Shown here: piece after piece, positions 21,646 to 59,063 of the stretch
How the letters are laid out: each line of letters begins with the position of its first letter
Position numbering within the stretch: the stretch's first letter is position 1
Origin: Salpingoeca rosetta
Lineage: Eukaryota; Protista; Choanoflagellata
Assembly (NCBI GenBank): GCA_033442325.1
Contig: JAWQFM010000029.1
Span: 806,848 to 870,847, forward strand
DNA length: 64,000 nt
Direction: 5' to 3'
Position numbers and translations under genes: made by a program
The notes under the pieces: model-generated
Told to the model about the DNA's origin: nothing
Databases searched by the model: none
What the model saw: the letters and a program-made list of their open reading frames with translations, nothing else

Positions 21646-24033
21646 TCATTCGATGGGGCGGCGGCAGATGTAAGGGCGGCGTTCATTGCAGAGACCATCA
21701 GCCCAGCGCCCCGTGTTCGTGCCCGTGAGCAGCATGTACAGACACCGCTCCACACGCTTCCCTTCGCCTTCGTTCGACAGCCAGGGAAAGCCAAAGTCAA
21801 CAACGGGCGTCCCGTCACTCCAGGCGAGCTCGAAGCGGCCGCCCAGCCAGATGCTAGGGTGGTTGGTGTTGTTGGTGGCAAGCTGCGTCAGCCATGTGAG
21901 CTGGCTCTGGGAGCTGACGGACGTGATCTCAGCACCATACTGGATGCACTGGTCCTCAGCCTCTCCAAACTCAACCATGGCGGTGGAGACGATGCGATAC
22001 TCGTAGTGATCGGTGAATTGGGTCCACATCTGCTCCGTCGTGGTCGTGGTGGTGGTTGAGCCAGATCGTGTTGTGGTTGTGGTAGTTGTGGTTGTTTCGT
22101 CGCTGGGACGTTCGCAGATGAAGCCACGACGACGCGAGCACCGAAGGGCTTCCCACAGCCCAGTCACATCTCCATCGCTGTTGCGTAGGTTGTGCAAGAG
22201 ACAGCCTGCCTGGCGGTTGTCAGATGGCTCACCCTCCTTCCACGGCAGGCCAAAGTCAACGACGGGCGTGCCGTCAATCCACTGCAGCTCTTGGGGCTCA
22301 GGGAAGATGCCACCAATCCATGCCTCATTGTTGTCGGTACGGGCAATGGCGAAGCCCGTGAGCCACACGTGCTCGTGCAGTGACGTCACAACAGCAAGAT
22401 GGCCCCCTTGTTCAAAGCAAAACGTCTGTGCCTCTGAGTGGCGCATCTTGTCCTCGTCGTAGACGTTGTACTCGGACCCCTGGAAGGCAACCCAGCCAGA
22501 TGTGGGCCCAGGGAACGGGGTGACAGACCCAGTAAACTCTGTTGTTGTCGTTGTGCCTTCCGTGGTAGTCGTAGTCGTGGTAGTCGTGGTGGTGGTTGAG
22601 CCAGAGCGTGTTGTGGTAGTGGTGGTTGTGGTGGTTGTTTCGTCGCTGGGACGTTCGCAGATGAAGCCACGACGACGCGAGCACCGGAGTGCCTCCCACA
22701 GCCCAGTCACATCTCCATCGCTGTTGCGTAGGTTGTGCAAGAGACAGCCTGCCTGGCGGTTGTCGGATGGCTCACCCTCCTTCCACGGCAGGCCAAAGTC
22801 AACGACGGGCGTGCCGTCAATCCACTGCAGCTCTTGGGGCTCAGGGAAGATGCCACCAATCCATGCCTCATTGTTGTCGGTACGGGCAATGGCGAAGCCC
22901 GTGAGCCACACGTGCTCGTGCAGTGACGTCACAACAGCGAGGTGGCCACCCTCGCTTTGGCAAAATGCCTCGGCGTCACCATGGTGCATCTTGTCTTCGT
23001 CGTAGACGTTGTACTCGGACCCTTGGAAGGCAACCCAGCCAGATGTGGGCCCAGGGAACGGGGTGACAGACCCAGTAAACTCTGTCGTTGTCGTGGGCTC
23101 GCTGGTTGTTGTGCTACCCTCGTTAACAGTGATGGCCAACTCGTAGTCCACGGGGATGTAGCGGGTGTGGTACACGTTGATGTACACGGTGGTGGCGCTG
23201 CCGCTGCCGCTGCCGGGTGCTGTGTAGCTGCCTTGGTAGATCCTGTCATCGGATGACGTGAGCGGGGTACTGCCGCTGGCACCGTGGTACAGGGCGAGTG
23301 CGGGGGTGCCGGCCAGGCCCTGGAAGGCAACAGAGACGTCGATGGTGCAGCCTGGGCACAGCTCGAAGGCATACCAGTCTCGATCCTCGGGGCATGCCTC
23401 GGCCAGGAGCTGTGACGGCACCGAGGTGATGGCGTATGCGGTTTCGCGCGTATCGCTGGGCTCATACGGGTCGTAGAAGCAAGGGAACCAGGAGCTGATG
23501 AAGCTGGTGGACGAGGTGGTGGTGGCGGGAACGGCTGTTGTGGTGGTGGTGGCTTCGGTGATGTTGATGGTGATCTGGTAGGAGGTTGGGCCGTCGTTGC
23601 TCGGCGTCTCAGTGTCCTCGAAGATGGGCTGGTACAGGTAGATGTGGAGGAGGTGGGATGTTTCGTCGAGCGTGTTGCTGTGGGTGAGGCTTTCGTCATC
23701 AGACTCGGAGGTTGAGGTGTCGCTGGGCGTGCCATCTGCAGCGTAGATGACGGCGTCGATGTCGCCTTGGGCGTTTTGGAAGGTCACCTCAACCTCAACC
23801 GTGCATCCCTTGCACACCTGGAGCTCGAACCAGTCGTCTTCGTCCTTGCACACGACACCAGTGAAGGTGGTGCTGGGTGCTGGGGCAATGTCGGCCGGCG
23901 TGTCCGAGTCACCGTTCCCAGGGAACACATCACCAGGGCAGCCCTGCGCGGAAACAGCGGCAACGGCCAGGGCCATCGCCACGGCCAACAGTGGGAGCCG
24001 CCGCACGGCGCACGCGCCAATGGAGCAGCTCAT
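21646..24033 (-). CDS. Intronless secreted protein (795 aa): signal peptide, 2 PPC-like beta-sandwich domains, 3 C-type lectin domains, Thr-rich linkers
   Basis: MSCSIG...LPLLAVAMALAVAAVSA signal peptide; DEDDWF/EDRDWY...GDIDAVIY PPC-like motifs; CTLD motifs AEAFC..GGHLAVV, AWIGG, WIDGTP, WKEGEPS, C..WEALRC....FIC; no TM helix. Confidence 0.9.
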   Translation of the reverse strand: MSCSIGACAVRRLPLLAVAMALAVAAVSAQGCPGDVFPGNGDSDTPADIAPAPSTTFTGVVCKDEDDWFELQVCKGCTVEVEVTFQNAQGDIDAVIYAADGTPSDTSTSESDDESLTHSNTLDETSHLLHIYLYQPIFEDTETPSNDGPTSYQITINITEATTTTTAVPATTTSSTSFISSWFPCFYDPYEPSDTRETAYAITSVPSQLLAEACPEDRDWYAFELCPGCTIDVSVAFQGLAGTPALALYHGASGSTPLTSSDDRIYQGSYTAPGSGSGSATTVYINVYHTRYIPVDYELAITVNEGSTTTSEPTTTTEFTGSVTPFPGPTSGWVAFQGSEYNVYDEDKMHHGDAEAFCQSEGGHLAVVTSLHEHVWLTGFAIARTDNNEAWIGGIFPEPQELQWIDGTPVVDFGLPWKEGEPSDNRQAGCLLHNLRNSDGDVTGLWEALRCSRRRGFICERPSDETTTTTTTTTTRSGSTTTTTTTTTTTTEGTTTTTEFTGSVTPFPGPTSGWVAFQGSEYNVYDEDKMRHSEAQTFCFEQGGHLAVVTSLHEHVWLTGFAIARTDNNEAWIGGIFPEPQELQWIDGTPVVDFGLPWKEGEPSDNRQAGCLLHNLRNSDGDVTGLWEALRCSRRRGFICERPSDETTTTTTTTTRSGSTTTTTTTEQMWTQFTDHYEYRIVSTAMVEFGEAEDQCIQYGAEITSVSSQSQLTWLTQLATNNTNHPSIWLGGRFELAWSDGTPVVDFGFPWLSNEGEGKRVERCLYMLLTGTNTGRWADGLCNERRPYICRRPIE
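22045..23095. repeat. Internal tandem duplication (period 540-543 bp) of CTLD plus Thr linker
   Basis: agtaaactc at 22531 and 23074; near-identical nucleotide blocks. Confidence 0.95.
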
Positions 24034-24497
24034 TATAGTCTGCGGTTGGTGTGGCGGCGATCGGGGAGTTGAGTGGAGTGGCTTCTGCGCTTGTGTTGGG
24101 CTGTCTGATGCGAGGCGGATGCGAGACGGGTGTAAATGGTGCACGGAAACAAGACAAGCGAGTGACAAGGGGAGGGGGGTGTGGGATGATGATGAAGAAG
24201 CAATGCAGCAGGGGCAGCGACGCAAGACACACAAGGAGGCTCGGTGGTCGTGCTGAAGCAAGCAACGTGGGAAGCGAAGGAAGGTGAGCGCGAGAGGAGG
24301 GAGGGGGGTGCCTGTGCAGAACGCATTCATGTGCCAGTGGTGGTTGGTGTTTTGCTTTGCTTTTGCTTGTTGCTTCTGCGCGTTTTGCATGCAGGCACAT
24401 TCGACTGAATTCAGTCAGTACACTTTTGTGGTGTTGTAAAGAGCATCTGCACGTGGCTCGCGAACAACAAGCAAACAGCCAAGAAGAGACTGTGGTC

Positions 24498-29548
<5,051 letters not shown>

Positions 29549-29717
29549 TGGATGAGGGTGGATGGTTCTTCTCTCATACATGCATACGCTGCGATGGATG
29601 AACATGTGAATGAGTGGAAACGCTGAAACATTGCAGTGGGAAGAGTGCAGGCAGAGAGAGGAAGGGGTAGGGAGAGGAAGGAGGAGGAGGCAGTCGCACA
29701 CACACATGCAGACACAC

Positions 29718-29825
<108 letters not shown>

Positions 29826-30305
29826 TTGACTCGACGAGCCTTGGCGACACGACACACAGAGAAGTAGTAAAGATGACTCATCAGCTGTTTTTGTTGTGTC
29901 CCAACAAAGATGAGAAGATGCGTTTTGCGCACACACACCCCACGCACACAGCAAACAAAGCCGCCCTCATTTCTCACTGCCACGTCCACCCTGTCCGTCG
30001 TCGCATCTGCACCTCTCATTTCGCCGACGTCCTGTCCTGTTGTCCTGAGGTGCGCTGGATGGAGAGGGCTCTGTGTGTACCTATGTGCATGTATGTGTGT
30101 GTGTGTCGAAATGTGCATGTATGTGTGTGCATGTGTGTGTGTGTACGTGTGTTCGCCTTGCTCATCGCAGCAGTGGCGTTGTCCTGCAACAGCATGCAAG
30201 AGCTCATCTCTTTTGGGTTTCACTCGCCTGTCCGGAGCAGAGAACACCCACAAGGAAGCGGAGAGACACAGATCTGCGTGTTTTGGCAAGGCCGAGTTCG
30301 GCATC

Positions 30306-30442
30306 ATGGCAGACTCCTTTTCGCTGAAGATCGTGTCAAAGTTTGAGGTTGCCCCACACTCCATCGGCAATGGCAGGTTTGGCATGGTCTTCCCGGCCGC
30401 TATTGCCAACTCAGAGGTACCTGTTGTGTGTGTGTGTGTGTG

Positions 30443-30480
<38 letters not shown>

Positions 30481-31142
30481 TATGTCCGTGTGTGTGTTTG
30501 CATGAACATGAAAGTGTTTGAACATCTCGCTCTCACACACACTCACTCAAACTCAACACTTGTGTGGTGTCATGGCTTGGTAATCAACCAGGCCAAGCGT
30601 CATGGCGTGCGAGGCATAATCGCCAAGAAGGTTCACATCAACAACCTGGAAGCGGAGTGAGTTCCTCCCACGCTGCCCCCCCCCCCCAACACTCGCTCGA
30701 CACAACGCACGCTGCTTGTGTTATGCATGTCATGCCACCGCGCGCTTGCACACTTGTCCTGTACTCGCCACATTCAATTCACGATACGCAACACACACAC
30801 ACACACATACACACACACACACACACATACACACACACACACACCTCACAGGCGCTCTGAAGAGGACCGGCGGCGCGTGGTGCTGCAGGAGATCGACCTG
30901 CACCAGGGTTTGCGTCACCCCAACATTGCAAAGCTCATCGACTACCAACTGCTGTACAAGGTACCCCGCACGCGCGTGCGTGTGCGCGTGAGTGGGTGTA
31001 CGTGTGCGTTTGTGCGTGAGGCGGGGGGCAATACCATGACTCAGCGATTTTGATCTTTGCGTGAACCATCCTGCTTGACTCACGCCAAACATTGTCAACG
31101 TTGTCATCATTGTGAACAATGACGACGAACGACCGCCGCTAC

Positions 31143-31186
<44 letters not shown>

Positions 31187-33170
31187 CCACCACCACCACC
31201 ACCACCATTACGACGTGCCAGGATCCACACACGCGCCAAGAGCACCCTGCTGGGCGACACGAGTTCAACGTGGCCTGGCTGTTTGTGGAGCGTCTTGGGT
31301 TCTCGCTCGTGGAGGCAATGGACAGGAACATCCCAGTCAACATCGCCGATGTAATTGATGACGTCACCGCCGCGCTCGCTTTCATCCACAGCAAAGATGT
31401 GCTCCACAGGTGTGTGTGTGTCAGTGTGTGTGTGTATGTGTGCGTGTGCGTGTTTCAACAGGAACACGTTGTTGCCTTGTCTTTGGTGTGCATATTTGAT
31501 TGCTGTTACTGCCCACTCAAAAGCACACCTTAACCACCACCACCACCACCACCACCGCCACCAACAGGGACGTGTCGCCTGGCAACATCATGGGTGTGTA
31601 CGACGATCAGCGCAAGCGCACGGTGTTCAAGATGATTGACTTTGGCGTCTCCCGCCACAAGTTGACACACGAGCACCCGATCACCACCGTTGCCGGTACC
31701 CGCGGGCTGCAGGCGCGGGAATACCTCCTCGTCGAGGCCTGTGAGTCACACCAGGACGTGCGTGTGCGTGAGCGTGGGCGTTTGCGTGGGTGTGTTTACG
31801 TGTGTGAATGCGTGTGTGACCTCATGCACCAACCCACGTCATGGTGTTTTTCCTTCCTCAACCAATAATGGCGTGTGTGTGTGTGTGTGTGGATGTGTGT
31901 GTGTGTGTGTGTTCTTACGCAGTGCCCCGCGAGCTGTCTCTGCTGCATGAAGGCAACGACCGCGCCCTTGTATCCACCAAGGTGACCCACACATACCGTC
32001 ATGTACATGCATGCATGCATTCGTGCATGTGTACACTCGTGCTTGCAGCGTGCGGCGTTGTCACCACTCGATCGCTCGCAGTTGCTGTTCCACTCGGGCC
32101 TCGTGCCTTTACACACGCATTCACATCATTCTTGGCTTGCACCGTGCTTCTTTCTCACTCGTTCGCACGCACGCACGCACACACATACATACACACATGC
32201 ATATACAAACACATACACACGTGCCGCGACCATCCTCCTCCCCCCAATGCACGCATCTGCGACCACAGGTGGACATGTATTCGCTCGGCGCCACGCTGTA
32301 TTACTTCCTCGTGCGCCACGTGCCGCAGGACACCGCTGCCAGCACCGTTCACACCGATCTCCGGCAGAGCCACTACCACCGCCACACCACCGACGGCATT
32401 GGTGTTGGCGATGGCGATGATGGGCGTGCTGGTGACAACAACACCAACAGCGACGGAATGCTTGCGGTCATATTGCAGTCGCTGCTGCAGCCGCGACCAG
32501 AGATGCGCCCGTCAGCAGTGGACACGCAGATCTGTGAGTTTGTTGTGGCTTGCGGCATTGTGCGTGTGCGTGCGTGTGTGTATGCGTGTGTACGTGTGTG
32601 TGTGCGTGCGTGTGCATGCGTGCGTGTGCATGTATGTGTGCGTGCGTGTTGAAGGGATTACATCACTTCATTGACATGTCCGCTCTGTCCTCTGCAATTT
32701 CCTCATTCTCCACACCATACCTCCTGACCACCAATCAATCACCCATCACCACCACCACCAATCACGACTGCCAGTGGCTGCTGCGTACCGCGTGCTCCGT
32801 GGCGATCGCAGCGCTGTTCTCCGCCGGTTTGGCCTCGACCCGGACTACTCGTCTGTGAAAGGCATCAGTCTCGCTGCACTCCGTCGTGAGGTGGCGGCGG
32901 CCGTCCGCAACGCCAAGTCCCAGTGGGGAAAGCGCGGCGTCTTTGATGTCCACGACCTTGTTGCCGGTCTGAAGAAAGGTGGGGTGTTGGCGCTGTGGTT
33001 TGGCGATTTGCGCCTGCGTGTGTCATGATGTGCTTCGAAACATCAGCTACAGTTGCGTGTTGGTGCTTGACGTGTTGACCAATCGATCACTGTTGATTGA
33101 TTATCCTTTAGTGCCAGCATCATTGGAGAAGTCTCATCATCACCCATCTCTGTGTCGCGTTGCTCACGTA

Positions 33171-33201
<31 letters not shown>

Positions 33202-33518
33202 AACACACACACGCAGTGTTGTCGCTGGACGTTGTTCGTCCCGTGAGTGTGATGGACTTCAGCACGTTGGACGAGAAGACGGTGCTCCTCTACCCAGATG
33301 ACACCTTCCCAGACTACACGTGAGGTTTCACGGCGTGTGCTCGTGGTCCTGTATGCTTGGGTGGCCGTACTGTGTCGTTCGTTGTCGTCATTGGTTTTGC
33401 CTGGACTATCTCCGCGAATCACCTGCACTGTGTCAAATCAACCCACACACACACACCCCCTCACACGCACCCCCTCACACGCACACACACACACACACAC
33501 AATCACACAATCACACAA

Positions 33519-33581
<63 letters not shown>

Positions 33582-33876
33582 AACAGCGTGGGTCTGTTCC
33601 GCCATCGGCTGCAGGAGCAGTGGAATGAGGACGATGACGTGTGCATCGTCGTTGCTCTTCGTCACCGCGACGAGCTCGACGCGTGCCTGGACCCTGCTGC
33701 ACTCGACAGCCTCTTCACGGGTGACACGTCTGCACCAATTCCGCGCTGCTGCTTCGAGACCGGCACGGTGAGACCACGCGTTGCGTGATGCGTGATGCGT
33801 GATGGGCACCTGCATGCATGCAGGTATTCATGTGCGTAGTTGTGTGTGTGTGTGTGTGCACGTGTGCGTGCGTATG

Positions 33877-33938
<62 letters not shown>

Positions 33939-34689
33939 GAACAACAACTTCGTGTTTTCTGCACGTTATGAACGCTCACCCATCCACGCTCATCATTACC
34001 GTATCACCACCACCGCCACTGTCACCAGTCGCTGCGCCTGTTTGTGCTGCGCAACCCCCGGTTTGACCTTCACAGCAGCTTCATGTCTCGTCTCGATGGG
34101 GACAGGCTCATCACCACCGAAATCATTGGAAGCCCACAGGACGAATACGTTCGCACACTCACAAAGATCAAGGACAAGGTACATGATTGCAGGGGGATTG
34201 CAGGGGGACACTGTTTGTGCATGTGTGTGTGTGTGTGTGCAAGTGTGTGTGTATGTGTGTGTTTGTGTGTTGGGGGTACACGTCGTGTAATGCGCGTGCA
34301 TGTTTGTCTGCATACATAATCTGACGCTCACCTCACCACCACCACCACCACCACCACCACCACCACCACCACTATCCCTGTTGCTGCTGATGATGACAGG
34401 AGGCCGCGTGGGCCGCCATTCTCGACCGCATCTCGTCTATGTGTCGTCAGTGGTCGAAGGTCACGCGCGAACTGCACGAGCGGTTTGAGTTTACAGAGCA
34501 GGTGCGATGGTGATGATGGTGGTGGCGGTGGTGGTGGTGGTGAGGATGATGATGATTGGTGGTGGTGGGCTGTCACGTCCATGGGTACTCATTCGGCTGG
34601 AGGGCGTCCACGCTTGTTCACACCACAGCATCAACTGCTATGCACTCAACCGCAATCTCCGATCGTTCTCACGTTCCGTCGCTCGTCTC

Positions 34690-34771
<82 letters not shown>

Positions 34772-36604
34772 AGAGAATTGAGGTGCTCATTCCAAACGCA
34801 AAGCGCACATTCGAATCCCTGGCCGAGCTTGACAGCAACCCGGTTCCATGCGAGCTGTATGACTTTTGCCGTCGACAGCTCAAACAATGGGTACGTGGTG
34901 TCGCATGATGACACGGTGGCGCGTATCCATTGTATGCGTGTGTGTGTATGCGTGTGTGTGTGTGTGTGTGCATGCATGTTGACACATGTTGCGTGTTTGC
35001 ATGTCGATGCTCTTCGAGCGTCCATGGCATTGCTGATGCCAATGAAGTTCTCACCACCTTCCCTCACCGTCCGTCACCACCATCATCTCCCACCAAAACA
35101 CATCACCATCCCACCATCACCGCAGCGCAATGGCGGCGAGATGAAGCCTCACCACTACCGCCTTCTCATACAGGGGTGGGAGCGCGAGGCTCAGGGCTTC
35201 AACACAAACCTCAGGCGTGAACTGCTGTTCTCGGCCATTGTGAAGCTGCGTGAGGGGCAACGCTTGATCGAGAACGATGCCATTGTCAACAGGAATGACA
35301 GCGATGTGATCGCTGATGAGCTTCGCACCGCAATGCTGCAGACCTCCAGCCGTCCCGTCACCACGCAGATGCAGCTGCCCACGACCGATTACTCCATCAT
35401 CGACCACTGCGACGTGCCCCTGCACCCCAACCAGGAGGCGTCATCCACAGATGCCGTGGTGGCCAGCATCCGTGACATGGACCCTGCATGGCAGTTTGAC
35501 TCTTCCTCGCCGCGCGCCAAGAGCCAGCACACGCACGCGGACACCACGGAGGCCACTACTACCGCTATTGTTGAAGACGGCGACACTGCCGACATGGATG
35601 GTGATGGTCATGGTGATGGTGAGCTTGTGGCGGATGCTGCTGCCATTGATGATGACGACGAGCAAGGCGATGCTGCTGCTGCTGCTGATGATGATGATGT
35701 GCGGGCGACTGAGGTGATGGTTCGCGACATGGAATCTGCGGCATCTGCAGACACGGGCAGTGACGAAGACGAGGATTTGCACACCGCCACCACTGTTGAC
35801 GAGGAGCAAGAGCAAAAGGAGCACGCAGGGGAGGACGAGCAAGGCAAAGAAGGTGAATACGATGATGACGATGATGACGATGATGGTGGTGAGGAGGAGG
35901 GACAGGCAGACAAGACACCGACAGCATCGACATCAGCGCCGCCAGATGACGACGACTTTGTGATTGTGTCCAGCGAGAACAAAGGAGAAGGTGAAGCGAG
36001 GGAAGAAGAGGGGAACGAAGAAGAGGAGGAAGAGAAGAAAGAGGGTCACGGTGGCGACGGCGACAGCCGCTTGGATGTGGTGACGCGTTGGCAGAATGCA
36101 ACGCGCCTGAACAACGTGCTGCTGTTCCAGAAGCAGCAGCTGCAGGCCGAGCAGGAAGGGCTGAAGCAGAGCATGGTGCGGGTGCGGCTCGAAGCAAAGG
36201 AGAAGGAGAGGCAGGCTGCTCGCACGCAGCAGCGGCTGGCAGCGGCAGAGCAGGCGACGAAAGACGCGCAGAAGCAGCTTGAGGAGATGAAGGCTCAGGT
36301 GGAGGCGCTCACGTGCATGACCGCAACTGGCGGGGATGGCACGACCGGCACCTCGCCATCTATGGCAGACGTGCACCGCCAGCTGCTTGAGCTTGTGAGG
36401 GCGAAGCGAGCCATGGAGGCCGAGAGCAAGACGCAGCGCGAGCAGTATGAGAAGGAGGTGATTGCGCTGAGGAAGCAGCTGGCAGGGCTCAAGCTGATGC
36501 AGGCCACCACCATTCACACGCTAAATGGCGCCGCCAACGGGACCAGTGCTTCTGCTGCTGGCAATGACGACGATGACGAGAAGACCGTGTCCGTGCCGCT
36601 CTAA
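30306..36604 (+). CDS. Ser/Thr protein kinase (14 exons) with a putative ubiquitin-like domain, helical region, acidic linker and C-terminal coiled coil
   Basis: All 13 GT-AG junctions checked in frame; [26 protein letters not shown]|[32 protein letters not shown]. Confidence 0.85.
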
Positions 36605-37310
36605 TCAAAGCGTGTGTGAGTTGTGAGAGTGTGTGCGTGTGTGTGTGTGTTTGTATGCCGGTTTTGTTGCTGTTGCTGTTGTTGTGGTTGACGTTACAAC
36701 ATTGCGTTTTTGTTACGTCCCGTTGGTTGCACATTCATGCGCATGCTTCTTTTGAAGCGCGTGATCTGGCATTTGTTTTGTTCAAGTTGCGTTCTTTCGT
36801 TCTTCCTGCTGTTCCTTGCTTACCGCATTAATTTCAGTGCGTGGACCTTTGAGCCGTACTGCCCACATCTTGTCGGCGTTGTGCGTTATGTCTCGTTTCA
36901 CAAGCAAATACACGCCAAAAGCCATCAAGCACACACAGAATGCTCATGCGAATGACAATGACATCACAACCACCACCAACACCACCATCACTGCTATTCA
37001 GCTATCATGATTGTATTGCGTTGGACGTGTCATGGGTCAAACTTTGCGTCGACATTCACGTCCGTATGTAACAACTTTGCGTCAGCAACACACACACACA
37101 CACACACACACACAGCAAGTGCACAGATGAATGGATTAACAGCAACAAATTGCAAGACAATGGCCTTAACCAAACATATCACGTTCGACTAACAAGCTTC
37201 GCAAAACCCAAGATACACAAACACATGGAACACACCGGGACAAACCACGACACGAACACGAACGGGAAGTGATGCACTTTGTTTGCAATGGCACGGGAGT
37301 GCGTGCATGT

Positions 37311-43928
<6,618 letters not shown>

Positions 43929-45121
43929 GTCTGTTGCTGCTGCTGTCTCCTCTCTATTGTACACCCGGTGACAGACACGCACGCGCTCGCGCTGATGTTG
44001 GAAGAAATGGCTGGGGTTGGCACACGTCGTGCACATAAGCTTTTGCGCGCCGGGAGAAGCAACAGCAGTCAGCGAAAAGCCGCACATCAAGCACACGCAG
44101 GTCACGCCTTGTTGGCGGTGGTGTTAGGGTGCAACGCACACCCTACGTCCGGTCAGCACATGCTTGCGGCGATTCCTCCATGCCAACCACGCGTCTGGTT
44201 TTGTGTGTGGTTGTCGAAGAAGCAGAAGACGCAGAAGGAAAGAAGCCGCACAAGGAGAATACGCGGTGCAAAAAGGCCACTCGCCAACCAAAACTTCATT
44301 CATCTTTGCCTGCAAGCAAGCAAGGCTGAGCAAAGGTGGGGAGTTGAGGCTTTGGGTGAGGGGGGGGGGCGATGAAGCAAACACGCATGTCTCGCAGATG
44401 CTCAGCACTGCTCAGCTGCAAAGCCATCAGCACGTGTTGTTGTGATTGAAATCAGCACAACAAAAAAAAACCGGACGCGAAAAAAAACAAAAACAGCAAG
44501 GCAACAAAAACAGGTTTGTCGTGTTTGCATCATTGACATCAACAGAACACGACACCACATAACTTTCGGCGCACAGCATACACCGCGCCAGCAGAACCGC
44601 AACATGCAACGAAACGAGGTTGGTGTGTGGTTGGTTTGGCCGCTGTCCTCGCTCGCTGGCTGGTGCTTGTTGGTTGTCTCTTGTCGATTGGGAGGAAGGG
44701 CAACAGCTCGGCCCAGCTTGTGCACGGTTGAGGTGTCTTTCTTGTCGAAAGGGCACGACAAGTGCACACCCTGCGCTTGTGTGTCACGAAAGCAGCTGAG
44801 CGCATGTGTGGATGGAAATGTATTTCATCAGTAGTGCGTTTCGTGCCTGCTTGTTGTGTACACTTTCTTGTTCCACCGTCGTTCGCTCGAGTGGCGTGTG
44901 ACTAAGCCAGCTTGCAGGTCGCAGTACATTTCCATTCAAAATTCACACACCCCCACACACCCCCACCCACCCCCACACACCCACACACCCACACACCCAC
45001 ACCCACACACACACCCACACACCCACACACACACACACACCACACACCACACACACACCACACACACACCACACACACACACCACACACACACACACACA
45101 CGCACGCACACGCACACACAC

Positions 45122-45181
<60 letters not shown>

Positions 45182-45235
45182 GCACACACACACACATACA
45201 CACCTGCACAGAAGAAGAAGAAGAGGAAGCAGAGG

Positions 45236-52683
<7,448 letters not shown>

Positions 52684-53348
52684 TGGCAGCGACAGCGGTG
52701 GTGGCGGTGTGGAGAGAGGTGCTGTCGTGCGTGCTGCATGTACACACGCTGCTGACGCGCTGTGCACAATTCATATCTGACTGACTTATTTGCGCAAAGT
52801 TGTTGCTGCTTGGCAGCGTGTTGTATGTGCATTTCCGTGTTCTTGTGATGGTTCGCTGTGTCGAGTATTTCGCAACGTTTCTTCCCCCCAGATATGTGCT
52901 TGCTTTGTTCTTCAGGTGTCACATTTCTTTGTGCCTAGCATGTGTCTTTGTATGCACGTGTGATTGTGTCCCGAGAAAAATATGACTTGAGTGTCCCGTC
53001 GAGTGTGTGCGTGTCAAGAACAGGCAAGTAAGTAAACCAACTTCTTTGAAAACGACCAAACCACGTGTATGCATGTGCGAATGACCATGACTTGAACGAC
53101 TGAGAACGTGGTAGACTGGGCAGAATTCCCGTTGCATCAAACACCAGCGACAAAGGCACGAGACAAAGGCACGATTTAAGCAGTTGAAACTTGGATCGAA
53201 AGGAACACGGGAAAAAAACAAAAACAAAAATGGAAACCTCTAACATATGAATTGTCCAAACACAAGTGCGTGGAAACAGTGAGTGGCGTTCACCTTTCTG
53301 TGTGTGTGTGAGAGAGAGAGAGAGTGTGTGTGTGTGTGTGCGCGCAGC

Positions 53349-58415
<5,067 letters not shown>

Positions 58416-59063
58416 GCTTCTTGCTTGCTTCACCTCTCCTCCTCGCTTGCTTGTTGTCGCTGTTCGTCTTCGTCGTCGCCAAAGCCGTTTTTTTTCCCTT
58501 CCTTCCTTCGTTTCTTCGCTGCGCTTTCGCCGTGAAATTTTGGCTTGAGGAAAAATGGCCGAAGTTGTTCACAATTCCTCCAACCCAGCCACAACCCAGG
58601 TGCGACATCATAAAAACCAGAATCGCTGAGTCATCCCTCTGCTGGTTGTTTTGCGCGCTGTCTTTTCTCGCTTGCTGCGGCGGTGCGACTGACACCCCCA
58701 TTTTGCTCTCCCAGCTTCCTGTGGACACCTTGTGTTGTCTTGTGTCCTGCGGAGAGAAGAAGAGCACGGCAATAGAGGTGAGTCAAAGGGCGTGCGCGTG
58801 TGTGTGTGTGTCACACTGGGGCTGACTGCGATGGCGGCGGCGGGGGTATGTTATGCCATGGCGCAGCCGCTGCACTTACTCACGAACCCTTTGTTGTTGT
58901 GCTTCTCTCTTCTGTGGTGGCGATCGCTTGCCTGTAGCTGCTTGTGCGGACAGCACTTTCCTTGCTTTAATTTGTTCCTTTGTTTGTATTGGTTCTGTTG
59001 TGTGTTTTGAAGACGCACCAGCACACCTGTCCTGATCACGGGTGATAGGCAAGACCGGGCACC

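Noticed and set aside
21646-24390. 914-aa ORF start at 24390, and identity as rosetteless
   Set aside because: The signal peptide follows ATG 24033; rtls is intron-containing with a different domain order
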